A stretch of 45,230 bases of DNA from a virus, in the IMG/VR virus record IMGVR_UViG_3300009093_000022; one strand, written 5' to 3'. This document shows positions 18,400-26,960 of the stretch, one piece after another. How positions within the stretch are numbered: position 1 is the first letter of the stretch; the number at the start of each line of letters is the position of its first letter. The position numbers and the translations under genes were made by a program. The notes beneath the pieces were generated by a model. That model was not told the origin of the DNA. It made no database searches and worked only from the letters and a program-made list of their open reading frames with translations.

Positions 18400-20108
18400 G
18401 CTGCCCCCACCATGCGCTGCAATGCGTTCTGTCCACCGCCGACGTCGATGTTGCTGAGCGTCTCGGCACCCTGAGCCAGCGGCGCACTGCTCTGCACGGC
18501 CATCGCCGCCTGCTGCTGCTGATTGCGCGCGTTGCGAATCTGCGCCACCTTCGCGGCCGACATGATCACCTTGGGCGACACACCGAGCATGTCCGCGTAT
18601 TCCTCGATCGCTTCGTCTGCATCCAGGTTGTCGAGGATCTCAGGCTTGACCGCAGCCAGGTTGCCGGCGAATCCGAACAGGCGTTCGATAGCCGCCGTCG
18701 ACGCTGCCTTCTGCGCCTCGGCCAGCATGGAGATGTAGTCGACCTTGATCGCCTGACCGGACAGTTCTTCTGGCACCGGAGGCAACAGGTTGCCGCGCAG
18801 CATGATCCCGAACACGCAGTCGATCGCCGGATCCAAGGCTTTGTTCTCGAACCGCTCGAGAACCGGGCCAAGCTGGATCAGCTTTTCCTCACGGCGAGCG
18901 TCGATTTCGGTTGCTGTGCGCACCGTGTCGAGCTGCGAGATCATCATGAACAGGTCGTTGAAGAACGTGATCTTGATCCGCTCCTGAACTTCCTTGATGT
19001 CCTCGACCAGCCCGGAGAAGTCAGGCGCGATCTGGTACGCAGGCTTGAAGCCGATCGTGCTCGACGGGTTCGTGACGTACGTCACGCCGCCCGGGATCAT
19101 CGACGCCGGCTCGTTCTTCATCGCCACGTCAGCGATCATCGGCGGGTTCACGTGCTTGTCGATCGCCTGCGCTTTGCGCTTCTGCTCGACCTGAAGCATC
19201 TTGACGTCACCCAGCGCATCCATGCCCGGCGAGCGGCCATACGCATCGTTGCCGACGATGTCCCACCGCGGCGCGATGAACGGCTTGTCGTGGAAGCCAC
19301 GGACGCGCAGCAGCAGGTTCTGGTCCGTGCCACGCTCCCAGTACACCTCACGCCACGGCATGCCCTTCACCCCCGGGGCTTGCGGCACGTACTCGTTGTT
19401 CCGTTCGATCAGGTGTCCGATGATGATTTCGCGGGTGAGCATCGCCCCACCCGTCTCGATCGCCCCACGCACCGTAGGCGAGCAGTTCTCCAGCCCGAAC
19501 GTTTCGGCCACCTGCTTGACCGTGAGCACGAACTCGCGGCCCATCGTGGACACGTCCTGCCGGTCATCGTTCTGGAGGAAGAACTCCCCGAGCGCCGAAT
19601 TGAAGCACCGGATTACGTCGTTGTAATCCTGATAGATGATCATCACCGACGTGCCGAAAACACCCAGATCGCCGTACAGCGTGGCGAGCGACGTGTAGAA
19701 GTTCGAGTGCGCGAATACCATTTCCATGCGCCGCTGGACTTCGGAGAGCCAGAGCTTGACCGGTGGCTTGTCGTCCAGCCCGGAATCACCCGTGGTCAGC
19801 TTGAACCACGGCTTACCCGGTGACGTGATGCCGCTCATCATCCCTGCGGACAGCACGCGAGCAGCAACAGTGGCCGTGTTGTCGATGATCCGCTGGTTGA
19901 TGGGCGAGCCGCGGTTGCCTTGGTTCGGCGTGATCAGCCACTTGTACCGGCGCGGCAGGATGTAATCGCTGATCTCGCGCCAGTGCGTCCAGAACGAATA
20001 GCGATCGGTCTTCATGCCGATCAGCAACTGGTCGCAGTGCTCCCGCAGGCGCTGAGCCTCTGGCGATGAACTCGCCTGGTACGTCTTGTCGAGAGCGGTC
20101 GCGGCCAT
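18396..20108 (-). CDS. Portal (head-to-tail connector) protein
   Basis: 570 aa. Follows the terminase large subunit. Size and position are typical of podovirus portals. Confidence 0.85.
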   Translation of the reverse strand: MAATALDKTYQASSSPEAQRLREHCDQLLIGMKTDRYSFWTHWREISDYILPRRYKWLITPNQGNRGSPINQRIIDNTATVAARVLSAGMMSGITSPGKPWFKLTTGDSGLDDKPPVKLWLSEVQRRMEMVFAHSNFYTSLATLYGDLGVFGTSVMIIYQDYNDVIRCFNSALGEFFLQNDDRQDVSTMGREFVLTVKQVAETFGLENCSPTVRGAIETGGAMLTREIIIGHLIERNNEYVPQAPGVKGMPWREVYWERGTDQNLLLRVRGFHDKPFIAPRWDIVGNDAYGRSPGMDALGDVKMLQVEQKRKAQAIDKHVNPPMIADVAMKNEPASMIPGGVTYVTNPSSTIGFKPAYQIAPDFSGLVEDIKEVQERIKITFFNDLFMMISQLDTVRTATEIDARREEKLIQLGPVLERFENKALDPAIDCVFGIMLRGNLLPPVPEELSGQAIKVDYISMLAEAQKAASTAAIERLFGFAGNLAAVKPEILDNLDADEAIEEYADMLGVSPKVIMSAAKVAQIRNARNQQQQAAMAVQSSAPLAQGAETLSNIDVGGGQNALQRMVGAA

Positions 20109-20110
20109 AG

Positions 20111-20314
20111 TCAGCTACCGAGAAGGGTTTTGGTGCCGGTCGAAGCCGGCGACTCCAGCCCATTCGGGCCGGTGTTGATCGTTGCAGCCGGACCAGTAGC
20201 GCTCTGAGCGCGCGTCTTGGTCGAGTTCGCTGCCTGGATCCCTTGCGGCGATTGCACCGTGGGGATCGGCGGCGGAACAGTCACTGCGGGTACGGATGGG
20301 GCTGAGCCTCCCAT
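20111..20314 (-). CDS. Hypothetical small Pro/Thr/Ser-rich protein
   Basis: 67-aa ORF with a strong RBS (TAGGAGAACG then ATG) between terL and portal. Confidence 0.5.
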   Translation of the reverse strand: MGGSAPSVPAVTVPPPIPTVQSPQGIQAANSTKTRAQSATGPAATINTGPNGLESPASTGTKTLLGS

Positions 20315-20323
20315 GGCGTTCTC

Positions 20324-21844
20324 CTATGCGTGAGCAAACGGGTCGTAATCGCTCTGAACGAGCGGACGGTTGAAAGCTGCGGCGCGGCCGGCTTGCTGGT
20401 TCGGCATCACCGGATAGGCGAACGTGAGTGCGAGCGCATCAGCGATGTCAGGCGACGACAGACCGCGCTTCTTCATGTCCGTCTTCTTCTCGAGCTGGAT
20501 CGCGTCGCGCCCATCCTTCAGCACGAAGCCGTATTCGCGGGATTCGAGCTGGGCCTTCAGGTCGTTGTCGTCCGGAATCGCGCCACCAGACCCGAGCCAT
20601 TCGCGCATGACGCCCCACATCTCGGCGCACTTGTTGGAGTAGGCCGTGCCTTCCTGTCCCGGGGTCGACCGATCCGGCGAGGCGCCGAATTGAACCTCGA
20701 TGACCGGGATTCGTAGCTGCCTAAGACGATCCACCACGCCGGCCCCCAGACCGCCGCCATCAACAAAAATGGCATCGGCCCGAAAGAACTCGTACTGCTC
20801 AGCCACGCGAGCAGCCAGTTGCATGGTGTCCAGACCGCGGAACTTGAGTGGTGCGTGTGTGCGTCCATCACGGCCCTTGCGGATGTAGATCACAGACTCG
20901 TCGTCACCAAAGCGAGCAGGATCGACACCGAGCACAAGAGCGTCATAGATTCCAGCATGTGCTTCGCGCGTAGCGGCTGCCTCGACGATATCGCTGCCGA
21001 TAAACTGAGTAGATCCCGCACGAGGGAACACGCCCCGAACACGAACACGGACGAAGTCAGAATCTTCACCATAGTCGGCTACCCATTGGGCGATCTGCTG
21101 CTTGTTGGTGATCTTGACCGTGCGGCTGTCGATCTGACGGTGCAGCCAGCGGTGCTTGAACGAGCCGAAGCACTGGCGGAATCGGCCGGTGTTACGCGTC
21201 GGGTTGCCGAACACGGCCCAGATGATCTGAGTGTTGCTGTCGGTCAACGCGCCCTCAGCCGTCTCCCAGATGATGTCCGGGATAGCCGATGCCTCGTCAA
21301 AGATCAGCAGGACGCGCTTGCCCTGGTTGTGCAGGCCTGCGAAGGCTTCCACATTCCGTTCCGACCACGGCACCATGTCGATGCGCCATGTGTCGGCATG
21401 CTTCGGATCGCGGGCGAAAAGCTTGGTAGCGGTGTACTCGAACCAGTGCCCGCAGATGCAGAGCCGGTGCCACTTGGCAAGTTCGGCCCATGTTTTCGTC
21501 TTGAGCTGGCTTTCCGTGTTGGCCGTAACCACGCCTCGCGTGTCCTCGAACGTACTGATCGCCCAGAGGATCAGCCATGACACGAACGCGCTCTTGCCGA
21601 TACCATGGCCTGATGCAATTGCAATCTGTATGGCGGCTTGGAGCACCTCACCAACCGATGCACCAGACTTCAGTGCCTTGCCCATCTCGATCAGGATCTC
21701 GCGCTGCCAATCGTCTGGGCCATCGTGTTCAGCAAGCTCGCCAGATCCCCACGGGAAGGCGAACATCACGAAACGCAGAGGATCGCTAGAGCAGCGCGCC
21801 AGCTCCTCGATAAGTTGTTCCTCAAGGCTGACGGCTTTACTCAT
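20324..21844 (-). CDS. terL: Terminase large subunit
   Basis: 506 aa. P-loop-like GHGIGKS, a DE-type Walker B (LLIFDEAS) and a C-terminal nuclease-like region. Follows the small subunit. Confidence 0.9.
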   Translation of the reverse strand: MSKAVSLEEQLIEELARCSSDPLRFVMFAFPWGSGELAEHDGPDDWQREILIEMGKALKSGASVGEVLQAAIQIAIASGHGIGKSAFVSWLILWAISTFEDTRGVVTANTESQLKTKTWAELAKWHRLCICGHWFEYTATKLFARDPKHADTWRIDMVPWSERNVEAFAGLHNQGKRVLLIFDEASAIPDIIWETAEGALTDSNTQIIWAVFGNPTRNTGRFRQCFGSFKHRWLHRQIDSRTVKITNKQQIAQWVADYGEDSDFVRVRVRGVFPRAGSTQFIGSDIVEAAATREAHAGIYDALVLGVDPARFGDDESVIYIRKGRDGRTHAPLKFRGLDTMQLAARVAEQYEFFRADAIFVDGGGLGAGVVDRLRQLRIPVIEVQFGASPDRSTPGQEGTAYSNKCAEMWGVMREWLGSGGAIPDDNDLKAQLESREYGFVLKDGRDAIQLEKKTDMKKRGLSSPDIADALALTFAYPVMPNQQAGRAAAFNRPLVQSDYDPFAHA

Positions 21845-22277
21845 CGCCCTTCAAGCGCTTGCGCGCTGCCTCAAGAGCGCTGGCCAGTTCGATCTGACCG
21901 GAATGCTCGATGCCGATCTTGTCGCCGTACTTCTTCGGCGCCAGCTTGGACATCGCCCACTTGCGGGCGTCTACGCGCAGGCGTGACCGGGTGATCCATT
22001 CGGTATTCGGCTGCTCGCCGTCTTTCTCGGTGGTGGCCGTATCACTAAACAAAAAATCCGCGATCTCCATGATCTCGTCGAGGAAGTGCTCAGCCTGATC
22101 CTCGCGCGCGCATGCGTATTGCTGTCGAAAATCCCCGTTTTCTCTCAGCCAACGATAGACGGTCTTTTCGGACGGCATGCCTTCATCGAGAACGATGCGG
22201 CGAAGGCCCTCCCCCTCCGCGATACGCTCGCAGATCCTATCGGCGATCTCTTGAGTGAATGAGGAGGGGCGGCCCAT
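21837..22277 (-). CDS. terS: Terminase small subunit
   Basis: N-terminus MGRPSSFTQEIADRICERIAEGEGLRRI is typical of HTH-type TerS. I prefer the ATG at 22277 over the TTG at 22286 given by the ORF track. Confidence 0.75.
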   Translation of the reverse strand: MGRPSSFTQEIADRICERIAEGEGLRRIVLDEGMPSEKTVYRWLRENGDFRQQYACAREDQAEHFLDEIMEIADFLFSDTATTEKDGEQPNTEWITRSRLRVDARKWAMSKLAPKKYGDKIGIEHSGQIELASALEAARKRLKGDE

Positions 22278-22320
22278 TGTGCGCAATCATGAAGAAGACT
22301 GCGCGCGACACTACTACGAC

Positions 22321-22473
22321 TTACTTTCGTTGTCTCGACTTGCGATAGTTGATGAAAGAGCGGACAGCGAAGTAGATGAAGCCAGCTATCAGAAGATAGC
22401 CAATTGCCTGTCCTGCGATGTATCCAAGTTGGGAAGCCACGAGAGCACCTTTTCGGTGGTTGGGGGCTTCCAT
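22321..22473 (-). CDS. Alternative candidate: 50-aa single-TM peptide
   Basis: Hand-translated as MEAPNHRKGALVASQLGYIAGQAIGYLLIAGFIYFAVRSFINYRKSRQRK. Overlaps 22389..22473 in another frame. Not in the ORF track (under 60 aa). Confidence 0.25.
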   Translation of the reverse strand: MEAPNHRKGALVASQLGYIAGQAIGYLLIAGFIYFAVRSFINYRKSRQRK

Positions 22474-22613
22474 CCTAAACCTTTGCGGGTGACGGACTGG
22501 ACTTCGTCCCAGATCCGCTCCATTTCCTCGGTAGATCGCTTCTGTAGTCCGCCCCGGCCATTGCGGGGCTTCTGTTCTTCCAGGCTATCCAGATCGCGTT
22601 CGTCTCGTTTCAC
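22389..22613 (-). CDS. Hypothetical 74-aa protein (GTG start overlapping upstream stop)
   Basis: GTGA start/stop overlap with the 68-aa gene. GGGAG lies 8 nt upstream. Third-position GC is higher than in the competing frame. Confidence 0.3.
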   Translation of the reverse strand: MKRDERDLDSLEEQKPRNGRGGLQKRSTEEMERIWDEVQSVTRKGLGWKPPTTEKVLSWLPNLDTSQDRQLAIF

Positions 22614-22816
22614 GTTTGGCTCCCAGCTTGAGCGCGGCCAACCAGCGCGCGGATGATCTCGAATTGCTGCGCCGTGAGGCAGACGTAAGGCACGCCGTTG
22701 ATTACGGTCGGACGATCCGATGATTCGCACGTCGCCTGGACATATCGCTCTTCGAACGACAGGCCGGCGTAGACGCCAAGGGAAAGAACTGCGAGATACA
22801 GGAACAGCTTTTTCAT
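22610..22816 (-). CDS. Small secreted/membrane-anchored protein (signal-peptide-like N-terminus)
   Basis: Internal ATG at 22816 with RBS TGGAGAG. Product begins MKKLFLYLAVLSLGVYAG... (68 aa, two Cys in the mature part). Confidence 0.5.
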   Translation of the reverse strand: MKKLFLYLAVLSLGVYAGLSFEERYVQATCESSDRPTVINGVPYVCLTAQQFEIIRALVGRAQAGSQT

Positions 22817-22998
22817 GTCGCTCTCCAAGGTTGCGAATCCGGCATTCCCTGACTTTCCCCTCAATGATTTAAGCGCTCGGGGTTTTCGCACTACAACGGC
22901 GTGTCTTCACCTTCGCCACGGGCGCCGTTTGCTTAGCGAGTCAGGGCTCTGTACCACTGCGCCGGCAGCGGCTGGAATCGAGCGCCCCGCAAAACTGG

Positions 22999-23580
22999 TT
23001 AAGCTGCCTCCATCTCGTCATGCAGATGGATGGTCATGTCTTGCGAATAAACGCGACCAGTTGGTGCCTCTTTAGGCTGGACGAAACCAGCAGCCGTGAG
23101 GAAGGGATTGACGTTGCCTCCCTTCACTCTCCGGCGCTCCCGATCACGACGATTGGTTTCGGCTTTCGACAGAGCTGCAGGCTGAGGTGCGTCTTCACCT
23201 GGGCCGAGCACCCACTTTGGCGATTGAGTGCCGCGGGCGTACACCCGCGCATAGCCAGCGACGTGCCATTTCGTGCCGCGCCCTTCGTACATCGTGACGC
23301 GGATACGGTGATACGAGGCGCCCGTTGCCTGAGCCATTTCAAGCACGGTCAGAGGGGCGCCAGCCGACAGAAGGCGGATGATTGCCTCTTCCACCCAGCG
23401 ATAGTGCGACCGGCCACGACCTCCACGCTTCGGAAGGCCGAGCGATTGAAAGCGTCCCATGATCGAGAAATGGCTTCGGCCCGGCAGCAAATGGGCTGAT
23501 TCCTTGGCCGTCTTATCGCTGGCGTGGATCTGCCTTACGATCTCGTCTTCTTCCGGCTTCCATTTCGGTGCGCCCATCAT
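22999..23580 (-). CDS. Myb/SANT-like DNA-binding protein, candidate late-gene regulator
   Basis: 193 aa. N-terminus KWKPEEDEIVRQ...LPGRSHFSIMGRF fits a Myb/SANT repeat. It is the last gene before the late (terminase) block. Confidence 0.4.
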   Translation of the reverse strand: MMGAPKWKPEEDEIVRQIHASDKTAKESAHLLPGRSHFSIMGRFQSLGLPKRGGRGRSHYRWVEEAIIRLLSAGAPLTVLEMAQATGASYHRIRVTMYEGRGTKWHVAGYARVYARGTQSPKWVLGPGEDAPQPAALSKAETNRRDRERRRVKGGNVNPFLTAAGFVQPKEAPTGRVYSQDMTIHLHDEMEAA

Positions 23581-23801
23581 GCGACCTCACGACGGTCAGT
23601 CAAGCCAGCGAGATAGTCCAGGCTGACGCCAAAGAAACGAGCGGTTTCCAGAAGCGTCCAATAGCCAGGAACACGGAGATCTCGCTCGAGCATGGAGACG
23701 TATTCGGACGACAGCCGGCATTCAGCAGCGAAGGCCGATTGGCTGAGATGTCGCTCTTTGCGCAACGCACGCAGGCGATCACAAAACATGGGCTCTTTCA
23801 T
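23577..23801 (-). CDS. XRE-family helix-turn-helix regulator
   Basis: 74 aa. LRALRKERHLSQSAFAAECRLSSEYVSMLERD is a classic HTH_XRE pattern. Confidence 0.7.
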   Translation of the reverse strand: MKEPMFCDRLRALRKERHLSQSAFAAECRLSSEYVSMLERDLRVPGYWTLLETARFFGVSLDYLAGLTDRREVA

Positions 23802-23802
23802 T

Positions 23803-24345
23803 TCATGACTCCCTTTTCATCCGCCGAACCTCGGCGCGGTAATGCGATTTCATCTGCTCGATCTGCGTGAGCGTGAGCTTCAGGGGCTCATGCTTGCCTT
23901 CGAGCCATTCGACCTTTTCGAGTCCGATTTTCTCGATCAGGTTGATGCGGTATGCGGTCAGGTTCCCCGACAAGTACAGGTTGCAGGGGGCGCACTGAAG
24001 ATGGACGTTCAGCGGCTCGAACCGCAGTTCCGGCGCCGATCCGACCGATCGGTAGTGGCCCGCATGCCAACGCCCCTTGTGCATCCGGCCGCACGATATG
24101 CAAGGCTGGCCGGCGTCACGAAGGCGGATCCAGGCGTTGAATGCGCCTTGCAGATCGGTCAGATGCTCGCCGCGGCTCTTTGCCTTAAGCCTCGCCTCAC
24201 GTACTTCCTTGTCCGCCTTCTTCGCCGCGCAATGTCGCGCCCACTCGAGAGCGCACGGAACGGAGCATGCTTTCGCCAAACTCCGGAACGGCGTGAACTC
24301 GCGATGGCAGACCTTGCAGACCTTCTGCGTGAGAACTCGATTCAT
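23803..24345 (-). CDS. ninG: NinG/Rap-like recombination endonuclease
   Basis: Start at the internal ATG 24345 (ATGA overlap with the upstream stop). CKVC...CSVPC N-terminal Cys pairs and CISCG...HAGH...CAPCN pattern as in lambda NinG. Confidence 0.65.
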   Translation of the reverse strand: MNRVLTQKVCKVCHREFTPFRSLAKACSVPCALEWARHCAAKKADKEVREARLKAKSRGEHLTDLQGAFNAWIRLRDAGQPCISCGRMHKGRWHAGHYRSVGSAPELRFEPLNVHLQCAPCNLYLSGNLTAYRINLIEKIGLEKVEWLEGKHEPLKLTLTQIEQMKSHYRAEVRRMKRES

Positions 24346-24986
24346 CGAACGTCCCAAAGAGGCTTGCCGCGCATCCGGTAGTCGTCGACGATCGTCTGCC
24401 GAATCTCCGCGTACTGGCGCTTGAGCTCCGGATCGGCGCACGAATCAACGACGCGCTTACCGGCGCCAGACGTGATTGCATCCGTGGCGCAGGTCACGAC
24501 CGAGAAAGGCAACGGCTTACCGCTTGCCGATTTGCCTCGAATGATGAGCTTGAACGCCCATTCCGCAGTCGGCTCCTTGGTCATCAGACGCGCGCTAGCG
24601 GCCCGGATGTGGCCTAGGTTGGCGTCGACCGTCGCTTGGTCAGCACGCTTCTCGTCGGCCAGCTTCGGTGCCGTCGCCGCTGCTTGCTCAGCCCGAGCGG
24701 AACGACAATGACCGATGAATTCCGGAAGATTCGGTGCCTTCGGCAACGCCATCAGGTTTTCCATTCCCGCCTTCAACTGCTCCGGCGAAAGCTTGTTCAG
24801 CTCGATCCCCCACGATCGCTTCACATCATCGAGGTTGATGCCTCTCCAGAGATCCGCGAACTTCGCGCCGTACGTCGAGAACATCATCCGGAAAAGCTTC
24901 TCGACCCACGGGCGCGGGATGGCGTTCAGGGGCCAATCTGGCTTTTCAGGGCGGTCATACATCGATGGTTCTGTCGTCGTGCTCAT
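24342..24986 (-). CDS. Replication protein, lambda P-like N-terminal domain (helicase loader candidate)
   Basis: 214 aa. WGIELNKLSPEQLKAGMENLMALPKAPNLPEFIGHC parallels the lambda P N-terminal region. Follows the DUF1376 initiator-like gene. Confidence 0.45.
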   Translation of the reverse strand: MSTTTEPSMYDRPEKPDWPLNAIPRPWVEKLFRMMFSTYGAKFADLWRGINLDDVKRSWGIELNKLSPEQLKAGMENLMALPKAPNLPEFIGHCRSARAEQAAATAPKLADEKRADQATVDANLGHIRAASARLMTKEPTAEWAFKLIIRGKSASGKPLPFSVVTCATDAITSGAGKRVVDSCADPELKRQYAEIRQTIVDDYRMRGKPLWDVR

Positions 24987-25680
24987 TCGTTGCTCCGGTC
25001 AGTCCTGCAATCACCGCTGCGCGCTCATCGAAAAAGTTGGGAGGACTTCGGCCGGAAGCTGCCCGCTGACGCCTCACCCAGTTCCGCCACGTGGCGTCCC
25101 ACTTCGTTTTCGCCGCATCCTTCCCGCTCTTTGCCGTCCAGTAGTCGCGGAACTCCGCGGCAACTTGCCTCCAATCGAGATCGGGGCGCTCGGCTTTGCA
25201 GAAAGCCACGTCGTCATCCGAAGGAACCCAGTCGTTGGGCAAGCGCGATCCGCGCGTTCCCTTTACCGCAGGTAAAGGGTTATGGTTATCGGTTACTGGT
25301 TGCTGGTTAGCATTACCTTCGGTATGCGATCGCATTGCGTCCGCATTGCCACCGCTTCTTTGCTTTGCCCAGCGTGCCTTTGCTGACTTAGATGCACTGT
25401 CCGATTTGGCCTTGAACTGCGCAATTTCACTCTCACAACGCTTGTGCACATACCCCTCTTCGGTGCGCACAAAGAAGTCCTGCAATACGTTTTCGAAGGC
25501 CTGCACTTCGTCTGCACTGCGAACGGAATGCGATCGCATAAGCTTCGCATGATCGAGCGTCAGAGGCCTCTCATCGAGGTAATACGTATCGAGCAACTGC
25601 CGGTAGATCCCATGCTCCACCAGCGACAGGTGGGCCGTGTCTTTCCGGTAATCACCGATGTGGTGGTAGTACGCGTACAC
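24955..25680 (-). CDS. DUF1376 (YdaU) / DnaT-like replication protein
   Basis: 241 aa, GTG start. N-terminus YYHHIGDYRKDTAHLSLVEHGIYRQLLD is typical of DUF1376. The C-terminal W-rich DnaT-like segment is FRDYWTAKSG...WRNWVRRQ. Confidence 0.65.
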   Translation of the reverse strand: MYAYYHHIGDYRKDTAHLSLVEHGIYRQLLDTYYLDERPLTLDHAKLMRSHSVRSADEVQAFENVLQDFFVRTEEGYVHKRCESEIAQFKAKSDSASKSAKARWAKQRSGGNADAMRSHTEGNANQQPVTDNHNPLPAVKGTRGSRLPNDWVPSDDDVAFCKAERPDLDWRQVAAEFRDYWTAKSGKDAAKTKWDATWRNWVRRQRAASGRSPPNFFDERAAVIAGLTGATNEHDDRTIDV

Positions 25681-25769
25681 TAGAGTTCGCCCGATCCAAT
25701 CAGATACGGCAGGCCAACAAACAGCATGCCGAAGAAGCCGCAGAGGAAGCCGTCAGTGAGCCAGTTCAT
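25680..25769 (-). CDS. Micro-ORF, 29-aa hydrophobic peptide
   Basis: Hand-translated as MNWLTDGFLCGFFGMLFVGLPYLIGSGEL. ATGA overlap with the upstream stop and TAGTG overlap with the downstream GTG start. Confidence 0.45.
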   Translation of the reverse strand: MNWLTDGFLCGFFGMLFVGLPYLIGSGEL

Positions 25770-26134
25770 GGCGATTCCTTCGCATCCGGATCTCCGCTAG
25801 GAAGTTCGATGCGGGCGGTGATAATCAGCCTCGCACCCGGCGGGAAATCTTTCGCATACGCTTTAAACCCAGGCCCGCTCACAAAACCGAAATTCCCGAA
25901 ATAGCGGCCATGTTCCTTCTGCTCATTGAGCAACTCGCAGCGAGTCTCTTGGTTACTAGTAGACAGAACGCTCTCTGGGTTGGTGTGTCGTAGGCATTTC
26001 CACCGGCCGCCGCTGTAATGCTTCTGCTCATACGATTCAACTAGATCGCGACGCGTAGTGAAGCGATACGTCACGCTCTCGTTGCATCCTTCATGTGCGC
26101 ATACGAATCGCAATGGCCATTCTCTTTTGGGCAT
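25766..26134 (-). CDS. Hypothetical protein (122 aa from internal ATG)
   Basis: The ATG at 26134 is preceded by GGGGAGG. The N-terminal part of the 236-aa track ORF looks like an off-frame read of neighbouring genes. Confidence 0.5.
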   Translation of the reverse strand: MPKREWPLRFVCAHEGCNESVTYRFTTRRDLVESYEQKHYSGGRWKCLRHTNPESVLSTSNQETRCELLNEQKEHGRYFGNFGFVSGPGFKAYAKDFPPGARLIITARIELPSGDPDAKESP

Positions 26135-26226
26135 CACGAACCTCCCCGCGTCAGCCAACCAAGCAACCCGAGCAGCCCGATAAACAAGGCGCTCCATGCG
26201 ATCAGTGCTTGCAGAACGGGAGTCAT
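26134..26226 (-). CDS. Micro-ORF, 30-aa hydrophobic peptide
   Basis: Hand-translated as MTPVLQALIAWSALFIGLLGLLGWLTRGGS. ATGA overlap upstream and TGATG overlap downstream. Confidence 0.45.
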   Translation of the reverse strand: MTPVLQALIAWSALFIGLLGLLGWLTRGGS

Positions 26227-26498
26227 GCGGGCACCTCATCGTGCATTTCTTCGGTGAGAGGAACGCCCCCGATCGGGCGCAGATGCGCATCCGGCGCATA
26301 GAACTCGACGCCGGGGCTGACCCGGACGTTTTGCTGAGTATCGGAATCCCATGCAACAACATGGCTGCTGCACCGGCAGCACCACTGAGGGCCGTATTCA
26401 CCATCGGGGCCACGTGAGATGACCTCCAGGACTCGCCCGAAATTGTCCGGGCACTCCATATAGGTGACGTAGGCAAGATCGCCCTTTTGCACGTTCAC
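26223..26498 (-). CDS. Hypothetical 91-aa protein
   Basis: GTG start at 26498 with GGAGG 7 nt upstream. GTGA overlap with the stop of the cII-position gene. Confidence 0.5.
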   Translation of the reverse strand: MNVQKGDLAYVTYMECPDNFGRVLEVISRGPDGEYGPQWCCRCSSHVVAWDSDTQQNVRVSPGVEFYAPDAHLRPIGGVPLTEEMHDEVPA

Positions 26499-26863
26499 GC
26501 TGCTGCCTCCAATGCCGCCACCTTCGCGCGAAGCTCTCTCAGCTCGCGCTCCTGCGGCGTCTCCGCGATGGTTTTGAAACCGAAGACCCGATCCTCGTAC
26601 TGGCGGATCGCGTAGTTCCCGCAGAATTGCTGGAACCGAACCCGCATGTCGTAAGGCAGGTACTTCTTTCCGGCCAAGATGTTCGACAGGTGCGACTTCG
26701 GCAGCCCCAACAGCGCCGCGGCGTCGCTCATCGAATACTTGACTCGCCGTTTGTTCCAGCAAAGCAGCACGGCATCGTGCTCGTTGCGCAAGCGGCCAAT
26801 CAAATACTCAGCTACCCAGTCAGGCTCCTTGACGGCCTGAAAAACCGGAATCTCGGTCTGCAT
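26495..26863 (-). CDS. HTH DNA-binding regulator at the cII position
   Basis: 122 aa. AAALLGLPKSHLSNILAGKK is HTH-like, with a C-terminal coiled-coil tail. It is the second gene of the rightward-equivalent early operon, after cro. Confidence 0.45.
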   Translation of the reverse strand: MQTEIPVFQAVKEPDWVAEYLIGRLRNEHDAVLLCWNKRRVKYSMSDAAALLGLPKSHLSNILAGKKYLPYDMRVRFQQFCGNYAIRQYEDRVFGFKTIAETPQERELRELRAKVAALEAAA

Positions 26864-26900
26864 GTCCTGCTCCCCTTGTTCTTCTTGGAAAGTTCTTGGT

Positions 26901-26921
26901 GTTCCACGTAGCGTTCCACGT
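26901..26921. promoter_or_regulatory. Direct repeat GTTCCACGT-N3-GTTCCACGT (12-bp period) in the cro / cII-position intergenic region
   Basis: Two exact 9-mers at 26901..26909 and 26913..26921. The second creates a CACGTG palindrome. Candidate activator or regulator binding site. Confidence 0.35.
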
Positions 26922-26939
26922 GCTGCATCGCAGAAATTT

Positions 26940-26960
26940 AAGGCGTCCTAACGACGCCTT
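26940..26960 (-). terminator. Hairpin downstream of cro-like gene (possible tR1-like terminator or RNA element)
   Basis: Perfect 8-bp stem AAGGCGTC/GACGCCTT with a 5-nt loop. On the minus strand it is followed by AAATTTCTG, so the U-tract is weak. Confidence 0.3.

Noticed and set aside
23803-24441. Full-length 212-aa version of the NinG-like ORF and the 236-aa version of 25766..26476
   Set aside because: The N-terminal extensions are Arg/Ser/Ala-rich off-frame reads of the upstream genes. Internal ATGs with ATGA coupling or strong RBSs give products that start where the conserved sequence starts.
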